This document shows positions 1-9,418 of a stretch of DNA of 64,000 bases, in pieces. The position numbers and the translations under genes are program-made. Under the pieces are notes generated by a model. The model was not told the DNA's origin, made no database searches, and saw nothing but the letters and a program-made list of their open reading frames with translations. How positions within the stretch are numbered: the first letter of the stretch is position 1; the number at the start of each line of letters is the position of its first letter. The stretch lies in sequence record NC_049850.1. The stretch is one strand, 5' to 3'.

Positions 1-393
1 CAGCCCGAAAAGCCGCGTCTTGCCATCGCAGGCCCAGACGTGAAGTACTCGACGCTGGAAGAGGCGCGCGAGCAACTGACCCACTTCTGGGCGCGCGTAG
101 AGGCCCACCCGTGCGTCGTGGGTGGTAGCGTGTTCGCGATGGCCCTCGGCAACGACTTCGACCTCGCACAACTCGACCTGTGGTTCAATGGCAACGTGCC
201 ATGGCACTACCGCGACAAGGTGTGCCTGCGCGCCCTGATCAACACGCACCCGAACTCGGTGGTGTGGGATAGCGAGGACAACTTCGGCAAGGATCGCGAA
301 GACCTGCACACGGCACTCGGTGACGCGAAGGCCCAATCCCGGATGCTCATGCGCATGGTCGCCCGCCATCCCGAAATCTCGCAGGTGGTGTGA
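1..393 (+). CDS. 3'-5' exonuclease/exoribonuclease (DEDDh, Rv2179c-like), 5'-truncated
   Basis: Frame is open from base 1. Motifs GNDFD..L..W...VPWHYRDKVCLRAL and HTALGDA match the C-terminal half of phage DEDDh exonucleases. Confidence 0.55.
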   Translation, partial: QPEKPRLAIAGPDVKYSTLEEAREQLTHFWARVEAHPCVVGGSVFAMALGNDFDLAQLDLWFNGNVPWHYRDKVCLRALINTHPNSVVWDSEDNFGKDREDLHTALGDAKAQSRMLMRMVARHPEISQVV

Positions 394-620
394 TGACGAA
401 GAAACAGAAGGCCCCGGGCCTGCGTCTGCAACTGCTGTCGGACGGCAGCACCGCCCAGTACCTCGAAATCTCGAAGCTGGCGACGCCGCACGTCGAGAAG
501 GAGTTCATCCACTTCGACAAGCTGCCGGACGGCACGTGGCGTTTGCTCATCAACGTGCGTGACGAGAACGGCAAGCAGATTGCGACGCCGGACATCCACA
601 TCATGGAGATCATGCGGTGA
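390..620 (+). CDS. hypothetical protein
   Basis: 76-aa ORF with 4-bp overlaps on both sides and phage-like codon usage. Confidence 0.6.
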   Translation: MMTKKQKAPGLRLQLLSDGSTAQYLEISKLATPHVEKEFIHFDKLPDGTWRLLINVRDENGKQIATPDIHIMEIMR

Positions 621-982
621 GCGAGGACAGCCGTTACTGGGTAGGCGTCGATTTTGATTCGACGCTTGCCTATCTGGACGAGTGGCAAGGAAAGTTTCAC
701 CTTGGCACGCCTATACCGGCCATGGTAGCATTCGTCCGCAGTTTGCTCGAACAGGGCAAGGAAGTACGTGTGATGACGGCCCGGGTATGCCCGGACCCCG
801 ACTACACTGAGGAAGAACTCGAAGAGGTGCACCGCCTGATCGAAGACTGGACAGAAGAGCATATCGGCACTCGTCTGAGCGCCACGTGTATCAAGGACCG
901 GTTCATGATCGCGCTCTTCGACGACAAGGCGTTTCACGTGACCCCGAACACGGGGATCGTTCACATACCGGAGACTGAATGA
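617..982 (+). CDS. HAD-superfamily phosphatase
   Basis: Motif I GVDFDSTL (DxDxT), motif II VMTAR and C-terminal LFDDK. Confidence 0.7.
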   Translation: MSEDSRYWVGVDFDSTLAYLDEWQGKFHLGTPIPAMVAFVRSLLEQGKEVRVMTARVCPDPDYTEEELEEVHRLIEDWTEEHIGTRLSATCIKDRFMIALFDDKAFHVTPNTGIVHIPETE

Positions 983-1224
983 AGTCCATTAAGTTCCAAC
1001 GGCGCTGTAGCAGTGGCACGGAGTTTTACGAAATGCCTCTGGAAGAGGGCAACTACGGCATCGTCTACAACGGTGGCCCCACACTCGGCATCAAGTTCTT
1101 CTCGGACGACGGCACCGAATGCCTGTACGTGGAACTTCCCAAGGAAGCTGCCGACAAGATGGCGCAGTACATCATCGACTCGGACCGCAACCATCAACTC
1201 TACAAAAACCTGAAGGAAATCTGA
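979..1224 (+). CDS. hypothetical protein
   Basis: 81-aa ORF translationally coupled to its neighbours. Confidence 0.6.
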   Translation: MKSIKFQRRCSSGTEFYEMPLEEGNYGIVYNGGPTLGIKFFSDDGTECLYVELPKEAADKMAQYIIDSDRNHQLYKNLKEI

Positions 1225-1928
1225 TGTTCAACGTCGACCCGCATTACGAAGCAAAGCACATCATCCGCGCCGCGTTCGCACCTGACCACGCCGACTACCT
1301 GCTGTCGGCCATGTCGCAGGGCCTGCACACGGCAAACCCGTATCACAACGTGGAGCACCAACTGCACGTCGCGTACTGGGCTCATGTGTGCGCGCTCAAC
1401 GAGAACTCGTTGCTGGCCAAGCCGAGCAATCGCTATCTCGTCGAGAGCGATATCAAGGCGCTCCTGCTGGCCGCCATGTTCCACGACCACAACCATTCTG
1501 GCGGTGTCGAGAACGATCTCGTCAACGTCCAGCGCGCGATCCAACGCGTGATGAGCCGCGATATCGCGCTCATCATGGAGAACGAGGGCATCGACAAGAA
1601 CAAGGTGCGCAACCTGATCCGCGTCACCTGTTTCCACGAAGGCGAATTCCGGCACGTGCCGAAGAATCTGCTGGAAAAGTCGATCCGCGACGCTGACCTC
1701 ATGATGGTCTACACGCAAAGCGGGGCGGACGTGTCGACCGGCCTCATGTACGAGCAAAAGGGTGCACCCACTGGCTGGGTTCAGCGCTCGTACGAATTCC
1801 TGTCGACCGCCAAGATGTTCACGCGTTTCGGCCAGATCGCACAGGCCCAGCACCTGAAAGACGCGTGTGCCGCGTGGAAAGAACAGCATGACCAGATCGT
1901 TGCGTACAACGCAGCCGCTGGAAAGTAA
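1224..1928 (+). CDS. HD-domain phosphohydrolase (class I PDE-like motifs)
   Basis: NPYHNVEH, AAMFHDHNHSG and DADL motifs. ATG at 1224 overlaps the upstream stop. Confidence 0.7.
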   Translation: MFNVDPHYEAKHIIRAAFAPDHADYLLSAMSQGLHTANPYHNVEHQLHVAYWAHVCALNENSLLAKPSNRYLVESDIKALLLAAMFHDHNHSGGVENDLVNVQRAIQRVMSRDIALIMENEGIDKNKVRNLIRVTCFHEGEFRHVPKNLLEKSIRDADLMMVYTQSGADVSTGLMYEQKGAPTGWVQRSYEFLSTAKMFTRFGQIAQAQHLKDACAAWKEQHDQIVAYNAAAGK

Positions 1929-1957
1929 GACAACGCAACAACTACCCTTGAGGTTCT

Positions 1958-4900
1958 ATGCTGGAGAAAGAGTTTACGTTTGACCCGGCACATGACCTGA
2001 TCGACAAGCGCGACCCGTACAATCTGGTGATCCACCAGTGCAACGGGTGGGCGCAGAACAAGCGTCGCATCATGATCGTGTGCCAGTTCGTAGACTCGCG
2101 CGACCTGAAGGCCGGTGAAATGCTTGGTGACCGGGGGACTCGTCTTCCGTTCATCAACGCCATGAAATACGGCAACAAGATCGCGCGGTCGTACGCAGAA
2201 GACAAGAGCATTCCGCAGGCGTCCTATACGGTCATCAACTGGGCCGCCTGCAAACACTTGAACCTCGGCACCGCGCAGAAGCGCGAAATGGAAGTCGCAT
2301 TCGGTGAGCGGATCAAAAAGGCGATCAAGAAGTTCAAGCCCACGCACATCCTGTTCTCTGGCGACGAGGCTATCCATTCGGTGTTCCCGCAGATCAAACA
2401 CCCGCAGTACAAGCGCGGGTGGGTGCATCAGATGCAAGTCGGGGAAGAGAAGATCAAGGTTGTATCGACTCTCGACTTCTTCCGCTTGCTCGACAAGCAG
2501 GGCGAGCATGCAAACCTGTTGGGCTTCTGGTGCCGCCACTTCGCGAACCTAGTGATCGGCCGCAACCCGCACAACATCGCGGACCTGACACCGACACCGA
2601 AGTACATCAAGACGCTGGACGAGTTCACGCTCTTGATGAAGAAGTTGTACAAAGCAAGCGAAGTCGCGTTCGACACGGAAACGCGAAACCTGAGTGTCCT
2701 GTTCAACAAAATCCTGACCATCCAGTTTGCGATGGACACGAACCCAGACCGTGGGTACGTGGTGTCGGTAGATCATCCGCTGGCCCACTGGACGAAGGAA
2801 GAGCGGCTGCATATCAAGCGCGAGTTGAAGAAGTTCTTCAGCGCCAAGAAGGGGCCGATGCTTCTCACCTTCAACGGTATGTTCGATTTGCGGGTCGTGC
2901 GTCAGCAACTGCGCATCCCCATCATCTGGCATCCGGTGTGGGAGATCACGTTCGGTGAGCACGCGCTGGACGAGAACATTTCGTCGCTCAACAAGGTGTG
3001 TAGCATGCCTGACGAGCAATTGAAGGACTCGTCAAAGTTCGGTGGTCTTCGTCCAATCCTGTGCTCGTACGGCAACGACTTCTACTTCCGGGATGACACG
3101 GAGTTCGGTAAGGGTGATCGCGGAAACATCGCGAACATCGATCCGCAGAACCCGGACTTCTTGATGTACGCGGCGATGGACGTTCAGTCGCTGCTGCGCA
3201 TCAAGCAGGAGCAGTTGCGTCGTGCCGACCGGATCATGCTCGCGGGCAAGGTCTGGCGTCCGCATTACGAGCGCCATATGATTCACCAGATGGGGTGGAC
3301 GGCTCACCAGCTTTCGCACCTCAAGCAGGACGGGTCGAAGATCAGCAAGTCGTACCTGCGTACCCTGCTCTCGAAAGAAGGGCCGCTGCGTAAGGAGTTG
3401 CGTCGCGCCATTGCCGAGTTCCGGGTCTACAAGGAAGTGCGTCAGGCAAACTCGGAACTGCTAAAGGAATCGGGCTTCAAGGCCGGATTCCTGTTCGGTG
3501 CGGCAAAGGCAGCAGGCAACTGGATGTTCAAGTTGAGTCGAACGCCTCACAAGGCAAAGCTCTTCTTCGATATCTTGGGGTTGCAGCCGCTGTCGAAGAC
3601 GAAGAGCGGGAACGACGCTATCGACAAGGAGTTCGTGGCCCACTACCGGGACAAGAACAAGATCGTCGGGCTGTACGGGGAGTATCAGGCGCTGACGAAG
3701 CTGTTGAGCACGTACGCGCGTGGCTGGTTCAAGCGTTTGACCACCAACGTGGACGCGGCAAAGGACAACCACCTTCGACCCGATTACTCGGTGTGGGCGG
3801 TGGTGACTGGGCGTCTGGCGTCGATGGGCCCGAACCTCCAGCAGATTCCGAGCCGTGGGAAACTGGCCAAGATCATCAAGAAGATGTTCGTGAGTACTCC
3901 GGGCTATCTCATGATCCGCTACGACTACTCGGCACACGAGGTGCGAATCTGGAGTGTTGCAGCAGGCGACGATGCACTGGCAGAAGCATTCCGTGCAGGT
4001 CAGAAGTTGCGGCAGGCGTACATAGCGGCAACGACCGACGAAGAGCGGGCTGAGATCAAGGCGCAGTTGAAGACGAAGGGCGACATTCACATCCAGAACG
4101 TCTTCCGATTCTTCAAGCAATGGGTGGATAAGGACCATCCGCTGCGACACGCGATTAAGGCGGTTGTGTTCGGTGTGCTGTACGGTAAGTCGGCAAAGAC
4201 TCTGGGCATCGACACGAAGCAGTCTGACCTTGGTGCTATCAAAGGCCAGATCAGTACGCTGTACGAAGAATCGCTGAAGCCTGAGACCGAGAAGAAGCGA
4301 GTGGCCGAGATCAACCGGCTGATCGAAGAACTCGATCTGAAGCTGACGGCCCTGATCGAAGAAGATCGGACGCCGTACGCACAGGACATCATCGATAAGA
4401 TGTTCAAGGCGTTCCCGCAGGGTGCGACGTGGACTGAAGGCATGCAGCGCATGGCAGAAGAAGAGTACTACGTGTACAGCCCGAGTGGCCGTCGCCGGTT
4501 CTTGCCCGCTGCTATGACACAGGATCAGCAGATCGTGGCGCAGCAGGTGCGACGCGGTTCGAACGCCCCGATTCAGGGTTTTGCATCCGAGATCGGCGTG
4601 CGGGCTGGGCGCGAAATTCTGGAGGCGTACTACGATGCGCTGCCGCAATTCCGTGAATGGCTTGGGCTCGAAGGCACAGACTGGGACTGGCGTGTCCTGT
4701 TCAACCGGACGGTGCACGACGCGAACTACTACAGCGTTCCGTACGCTATGGTGATTCCGTTCCTGCACATGATGCAGTATCAGGCGACGTATGGTGTGAC
4801 GGCCGCGTTCAAGCGCGACTTCAACATCAAGTTCACCATCGAGCCCGAGATCGAAGCCGAGATCATGGGTGCGAACGATACGGAAGGCAGTGCTTGGGAC

Positions 4901-5128
4901 TGGAGCCTGAACAACCTGATGGACTCGCTAAAAGCCGCACTCAAGAGTCAGGCTGCGGCTGGTCTCCTGAAAGGAACGGAAAGCGAAGTGTTTGAGCAAA
5001 TCGTCAAACCTTGGCGCTCGAAGAAAATGCGTGGCTGGTTGCAAGAGAACTATCCGATGTTGGACGTTCGTGATCTGGACACGCAGATTCGTGGTGCCCT
5101 GAAACACGCTGACAAGGAGGCTGCATGA
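1958..5128 (+). CDS. polA: DNA polymerase family A with N-terminal UDG-like domain and 3'-5' exonuclease
   Basis: Exo I AFDTET, motif A DYSAHEVR, motif B KAVVFGVLYG, NAPIQG, motif C TVHD; TGRLAS..PNLQQIP. Confidence 0.93.
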   Translation: MLEKEFTFDPAHDLIDKRDPYNLVIHQCNGWAQNKRRIMIVCQFVDSRDLKAGEMLGDRGTRLPFINAMKYGNKIARSYAEDKSIPQASYTVINWAACKHLNLGTAQKREMEVAFGERIKKAIKKFKPTHILFSGDEAIHSVFPQIKHPQYKRGWVHQMQVGEEKIKVVSTLDFFRLLDKQGEHANLLGFWCRHFANLVIGRNPHNIADLTPTPKYIKTLDEFTLLMKKLYKASEVAFDTETRNLSVLFNKILTIQFAMDTNPDRGYVVSVDHPLAHWTKEERLHIKRELKKFFSAKKGPMLLTFNGMFDLRVVRQQLRIPIIWHPVWEITFGEHALDENISSLNKVCSMPDEQLKDSSKFGGLRPILCSYGNDFYFRDDTEFGKGDRGNIANIDPQNPDFLMYAAMDVQSLLRIKQEQLRRADRIMLAGKVWRPHYERHMIHQMGWTAHQLSHLKQDGSKISKSYLRTLLSKEGPLRKELRRAIAEFRVYKEVRQANSELLKESGFKAGFLFGAAKAAGNWMFKLSRTPHKAKLFFDILGLQPLSKTKSGNDAIDKEFVAHYRDKNKIVGLYGEYQALTKLLSTYARGWFKRLTTNVDAAKDNHLRPDYSVWAVVTGRLASMGPNLQQIPSRGKLAKIIKKMFVSTPGYLMIRYDYSAHEVRIWSVAAGDDALAEAFRAGQKLRQAYIAATTDEERAEIKAQLKTKGDIHIQNVFRFFKQWVDKDHPLRHAIKAVVFGVLYGKSAKTLGIDTKQSDLGAIKGQISTLYEESLKPETEKKRVAEINRLIEELDLKLTALIEEDRTPYAQDIIDKMFKAFPQGATWTEGMQRMAEEEYYVYSPSGRRRFLPAAMTQDQQIVAQQVRRGSNAPIQGFASEIGVRAGREILEAYYDALPQFREWLGLEGTDWDWRVLFNRTVHDANYYSVPYAMVIPFLHMMQYQATYGVTAAFKRDFNIKFTIEPEIEAEIMGANDTEGSAWDWSLNNLMDSLKAALKSQAAAGLLKGTESEVFEQIVKPWRSKKMRGWLQENYPMLDVRDLDTQIRGALKHADKEAA

Positions 5129-5541
5129 TCGACAAAACCCTGTCGGCAGAGCGGGTAGGGGAAGAACTGCTATGGCAGATTTACGTGGAGCCGGAAGAAA
5201 TGACGGCAGAGCAGTTGAATGGTGAGGGCGAACAACCCGACTACTACGCTCTCTACCTCACGGAGGCGGCTCACGGACATTTCAACATGCAGGCGGTGTT
5301 GGCGCGCGTGTTGCCCGGGGAGCCTGACCTCGGTGACATATACGTCTACGATCATGAGGTGTACAGCACGTTCGTATACATCGCGCCCGGCCGTCGTGCC
5401 GACGCAGAGGAACTGCTATGCGACATGATCCGCATGCTCAGCGCCGGGAACGTAATCAACCCGATTGAATTGACACACGCGTTCGGTGGGATGGTGCGCG
5501 GTCGCCCGGTGCAGATGGGCACCATGCATCCGACCCACTGA
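5125..5541 (+). CDS. hypothetical protein
   Basis: 138-aa acidic ORF coupled to polA. Confidence 0.6.
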   Translation: MIDKTLSAERVGEELLWQIYVEPEEMTAEQLNGEGEQPDYYALYLTEAAHGHFNMQAVLARVLPGEPDLGDIYVYDHEVYSTFVYIAPGRRADAEELLCDMIRMLSAGNVINPIELTHAFGGMVRGRPVQMGTMHPTH

Positions 5542-6261
5542 GTGCACTTAACGCTAGACGTTCACATGACACACATTTATGGGTCACTAACTATCGACGC
5601 GCAGTCGTCGATGCCAGTGCTGCCCGTGCTAGACGTTGAACACGTCATGCATGGTCAGCACACCAACTCGTGGTACAAGGGCCAGTGGTCTATGGCACAT
5701 GTGCCGGGGACCGCCCACACGGTGGTAGCGCTTCCGCAGCGCGGTAAATTCATGGACGTGTACACGGCGTCCGCTGATCTGGAGCGTACGGAAGCAATCG
5801 GTCAGCACATTGCGGACAGTCTGCGCGATCTCGACTCGAAGCATGCGGGCTCGCGGTGGCTGTACAAGTTGCACATGCTGATGCAAGAAACTGGTGCCGA
5901 CGTTCCGTACACGTCGATCATCAACAACATGAGCGAGCACGCATCCTTCTCGCTCTTGAGCCAAGGGATTGACCTAGGGGTCTACGGTGTATATGATACG
6001 GTTAATCGTAGCGTACAACTCGTGTGGACTACCGACCCCGACTTCGTTCAGAGGACGCGGGCAACGGAGCCCACGCGGTATCTTTTCCACCGCTACCCCG
6101 TAGTCCGTGACCGTCCCTTGTTCATACACACAGAGAACGTGTGTGCCAAGTGGTACGTGTGGAAGCAAGCATTCACGAACGTTGACGGGGTTCTCAAGGC
6201 ATTCAACGTGCTCGAAAACTTTCTCTTCAAGAATCCAGAAGTAGCTGAAATCCGGAGGTGA
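5542..6261 (+). CDS. hypothetical protein
   Basis: 239-aa ORF abutting the upstream stop; alternative ATG at 5566. Confidence 0.6.
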   Translation: MHLTLDVHMTHIYGSLTIDAQSSMPVLPVLDVEHVMHGQHTNSWYKGQWSMAHVPGTAHTVVALPQRGKFMDVYTASADLERTEAIGQHIADSLRDLDSKHAGSRWLYKLHMLMQETGADVPYTSIINNMSEHASFSLLSQGIDLGVYGVYDTVNRSVQLVWTTDPDFVQRTRATEPTRYLFHRYPVVRDRPLFIHTENVCAKWYVWKQAFTNVDGVLKAFNVLENFLFKNPEVAEIRR

Positions 6262-6265
6262 TCTG

Positions 6266-7333
6266 ATGGGCGTATTGTCTCAAGAACGCCTCGAACACAT
6301 CCGGCAGCAACTGGCCATGCTTCCTAACGCAAAGCGTGGTGGCGCAAACCGGATCATGGTCTGCTGCCCATATCATGGGGAGTCAAACCCGAGTGCCGGT
6401 ATCTGGACGGAGGGGCCCTACGCCGGTCTCTTCCGATGCTTCGCGTGTAAGGCACGTGCCAAATGGGACGAGGTGGCTCCGAAGCTGGGGCTGAAGGCGT
6501 TCTATGATGGGCCGCCGCGCGAAGAGAACACGTCGAATCTGTTGATGAGTCGACTGAAGCAAGTCGAGGCCGCAACGAGCGCCGTGGACGCAATGCATGA
6601 GCGGGGTTACCGCGAAGAGAAGCTGAAGTTCTCGCGACTGGCCCCCAACAAGAAGTGGCGCACGATACCGACCAACCTGCTTCTGGAGTTGGGCGGAAAG
6701 ATGTGCGTGAAGTATCTCGACGACTACAACACGTGGTCGACGACGAAGTTCATCTACCTGCCGGTCATGATCCGGGGCGAACAGCGCGGCTATTTCCGGG
6801 CCCGGCTCAAGAAAGACGAGAGCGGCAAGAACCTGCCGTCGTACCTGTTGGCTCCGGGCACACGAGGCTCGAACTGGTCGTCTCAAGACGGCCTGTGGCC
6901 CTACGATCATGCGATAGGCATGATGAAGAAGATGAAATCCAAGACCGTGGTATTGGTCGAAGGGCAGCGCGACGCACTGCGTCTGATCTTGGCTGGAATA
7001 CCAGCCATGTGCATCTTCGGAACTCAGTCGTGGTCAACACAGAAGGCGCGTCACCTCAGCCTCGGAGGCGTGAAGCGCGTTGTACTTTTCATGGACGGTG
7101 ATGCCGCTGGCTTCCACGCAACGGAGCACATCAAGCCGAGCCTGAAGAACGAGGTTGAAGTGCGGGCTCTCTCACTGTGGAAGATGAAGGGCTCCCCGCT
7201 GCTTCCGTATCTCGAAGACCTCGAAATCGACGATGCTACGAAGGCCGCAAAGAAGGACGGCGTGACGCTATGGGACCCGGGTTGCGTCCCGGATCGTATC
7301 ATCAACCGTCTCCGTGAGAAGTATTTCGAGTGA
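6266..7333 (+). CDS. dnaG: DNA primase (Zn-finger plus TOPRIM)
   Basis: CPYHGESNPS...FRCFAC zinc-binding domain; TOPRIM VLVEGQRDAL and FMDGDAAG. Confidence 0.85.
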   Translation: MGVLSQERLEHIRQQLAMLPNAKRGGANRIMVCCPYHGESNPSAGIWTEGPYAGLFRCFACKARAKWDEVAPKLGLKAFYDGPPREENTSNLLMSRLKQVEAATSAVDAMHERGYREEKLKFSRLAPNKKWRTIPTNLLLELGGKMCVKYLDDYNTWSTTKFIYLPVMIRGEQRGYFRARLKKDESGKNLPSYLLAPGTRGSNWSSQDGLWPYDHAIGMMKKMKSKTVVLVEGQRDALRLILAGIPAMCIFGTQSWSTQKARHLSLGGVKRVVLFMDGDAAGFHATEHIKPSLKNEVEVRALSLWKMKGSPLLPYLEDLEIDDATKAAKKDGVTLWDPGCVPDRIINRLREKYFE

Positions 7334-7340
7334 GGACAAG

Positions 7341-7727
7341 ATGCTTTTTCTGAAGAAGTATGCGATTGAAATAGTGCTGCTGATCGCGTTTGCAGCGCTT
7401 TGCGTTATGGTCGGCTACGGCCACGGCTACAAGTCCGGTTGGGCTGCGCAGCAGGTCACCATCGACAAGATGGCGAAGGACGAAAACGCAAAGCGCGACA
7501 GCGACAACGGCCGTCTGAACGCGGCCGAGCAGCAGGCACCGAAAGTCGCTGCGCAGGTCGCAACCACGGTACAGACGAAGGTCGAATATCGCGACCGCAT
7601 CGTTCGCGAGTACTACGAAAAGACTCCCAGTGCTGAAACCTGCAAGTGGGCAGTCCCGACGATCAACCTGATCAACCAAGTCATCGACGGCCCGAGCCCG
7701 GCGTCGGACGCAGCAACGGAGAAGTAA
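7341..7727 (+). CDS. inner-membrane spanin (Rz-like)
   Basis: N-terminal TM helix, then coiled-coil and one Cys; directly upstream of a lipoprotein; GAGGA RBS before ATG 7341. Confidence 0.7.
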   Translation: MLFLKKYAIEIVLLIAFAALCVMVGYGHGYKSGWAAQQVTIDKMAKDENAKRDSDNGRLNAAEQQAPKVAAQVATTVQTKVEYRDRIVREYYEKTPSAETCKWAVPTINLINQVIDGPSPASDAATEK

Positions 7728-7728
7728 C

Positions 7729-8037
7729 ATGCGATTGACAAAGACCGCCGTTTGTGCAATACTCACGGCCGCAGTACTTTCGGGCTGCGGAACCGCGCCG
7801 ACACCCAGCACACCGGTTCTCGTGAGCGAGAAGCAGTCGCTCAACATCGATCCGAAGTCGCTGGATTGCGACGGATTGTCAAAGCTTGATCCGTCCAAGC
7901 CATACGGTGAGAAAGAACAAGTCAAGGCCATCGAGGTATGGGCCAACGAGTTCGACACGTGCCGCCTGAAGTTCCGTGGGTTCGTCACCCTCGTCACCCC
8001 GCTCCTGCGCATCAACCAGCCTGCCGCTAGTAAATAA
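7729..8037 (+). CDS. outer-membrane spanin lipoprotein (Rz1-like)
   Basis: Signal peptide with lipobox LSG-C, Pro-rich linker and two further Cys. Confidence 0.72.
   Translation: MRLTKTAVCAILTAAVLSGCGTAPTPSTPVLVSEKQSLNIDPKSLDCDGLSKLDPSKPYGEKEQVKAIEVWANEFDTCRLKFRGFVTLVTPLLRINQPAASK
8027..8036 (+). promoter_or_regulatory. class A motif CTAGTAAATA
   Basis: CGCTAGTAAATAAG is identical at 8025 and 17524; it lies upstream of ORF 8075. Confidence 0.5.
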
Positions 8038-8074
8038 GAGTGGTAGCTACCCTATAACCCCATAGAGGATCAAC

Positions 8075-9373
8075 ATGTCTGTATCTGAAAACATCGACTT
8101 CCTGACGCCCGGCTCGGTCTGGCTTCGTGAGGCCGATGGCTCCGTAGCGAAGTTCCTGATGCTCACGAACACGAGCCTGAAGAAGAAAACGCAGGAGCAG
8201 CACCCGCCGCAAGTCATCTACGTTGACGCGCAGGGGAACTTCTACAACCGACGCGTCGAGGACTTCTTCAAGGTCTACACGTTCCACAGCGTCGACGGCG
8301 ACCTCGAACGTCGTCTCGAATCCCTGATCCAGTTCAACGAAGCTGATCTGGAGCACGTGCACGATCCGGAAGACGACCCGGTATCCGAAGTCGCTGACGC
8401 ACTGATCAACGAAGTCGTGGACGAAGTCCCGGGCGAGTTGAGCGCCCCTGCATTCGTGGAGCAGTTCGCAACGGACCCTAGCCGGTCCCTCAACGTGTAC
8501 TTCGGTCTGATCAAGAAGGAAGACACGCGGATGCCAGTGCTGTCGGCCGCCGACCTGAACGACGCGCTGGTCCACTACTCGCAGAACCCGAACCAAGAGT
8601 ACGGGGTCACCGAGCACCGCCTCATGTTCTCGCTCGGTGGCCCGGTCACCATCGAGAGCCTGACGGAAGCGTTCCACCCGAGCCTCGAAGTCAGCACGTA
8701 CGACTGGTTCGACGTGCACGCAAACGAGAAGTCGGAAGCCATCGTCTGGGAATCGTGGATCGGTGTCTACCCCGAATACTCGATCCGGGGCCTGTACGCG
8801 ACTGTCATCGTTGGTGTGCCTGACGCAAGCGCCACTGCCGCAGAAACTACCACGATGATGGAGACTCTGGAAGCCGCGAGCCGTGAAGGCAACCCGGTCC
8901 CGCTCGAAATGTGGACAGCAGCCGCAGGTGTCGATAGCGCGGCACTTCTGGCTGAAGTCGATCCTGCTGTGCACACAGCGGGGTACGCGCAGGCAGCGCC
9001 GCTTACGGTCCCGGCCGAGACGACGGAAGCCGAACTGAACGTGATGCAGCAAGCATTCATCGATGCGACGGCGCACGCGCAGCCCGAAGAAGTTTCGATT
9101 CCGGCAGCTACCATGAGCCAGACGGAAGAGATCGCGATGCTCGTCCAGAGCCTCGGTCTGACTACCGACGCCGCAAGCGAACTGGCAGCAGATGCTGAAG
9201 TCATGGCCGCAATCGCTGCGGTTCAGGCAAAACGTCGTGAAGGCACGATCACACTGCGCAACGCAGAGCCGGTATCGGACGTGACCGACGTGGAAGCCAC
9301 TGACATCGTTGTCGAACCTGCGTTCTCTCCTGAGACCGCAGCCGAGATCGGCCTGAACCAACAACAGCAGTAA
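8075..9373 (+). CDS. acidic hypothetical protein
   Basis: 432-aa ORF with GAGGA RBS; Ala/Glu-rich low-complexity C-terminal third. Confidence 0.75.
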   Translation: MSVSENIDFLTPGSVWLREADGSVAKFLMLTNTSLKKKTQEQHPPQVIYVDAQGNFYNRRVEDFFKVYTFHSVDGDLERRLESLIQFNEADLEHVHDPEDDPVSEVADALINEVVDEVPGELSAPAFVEQFATDPSRSLNVYFGLIKKEDTRMPVLSAADLNDALVHYSQNPNQEYGVTEHRLMFSLGGPVTIESLTEAFHPSLEVSTYDWFDVHANEKSEAIVWESWIGVYPEYSIRGLYATVIVGVPDASATAAETTTMMETLEAASREGNPVPLEMWTAAAGVDSAALLAEVDPAVHTAGYAQAAPLTVPAETTEAELNVMQQAFIDATAHAQPEEVSIPAATMSQTEEIAMLVQSLGLTTDAASELAADAEVMAAIAAVQAKRREGTITLRNAEPVSDVTDVEATDIVVEPAFSPETAAEIGLNQQQQ

Positions 9374-9387
9374 GCGGGTAACCGCAG

Positions 9388-9418
9388 TACCCGGGCCTCG
9401 TCCCGGGTATTTTTGTTT
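9388..9418 (+). terminator. intrinsic terminator
   Basis: TACCCGGG-cctcgt-CCCGGGTA followed by TTTTTGTTT. Confidence 0.8.
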
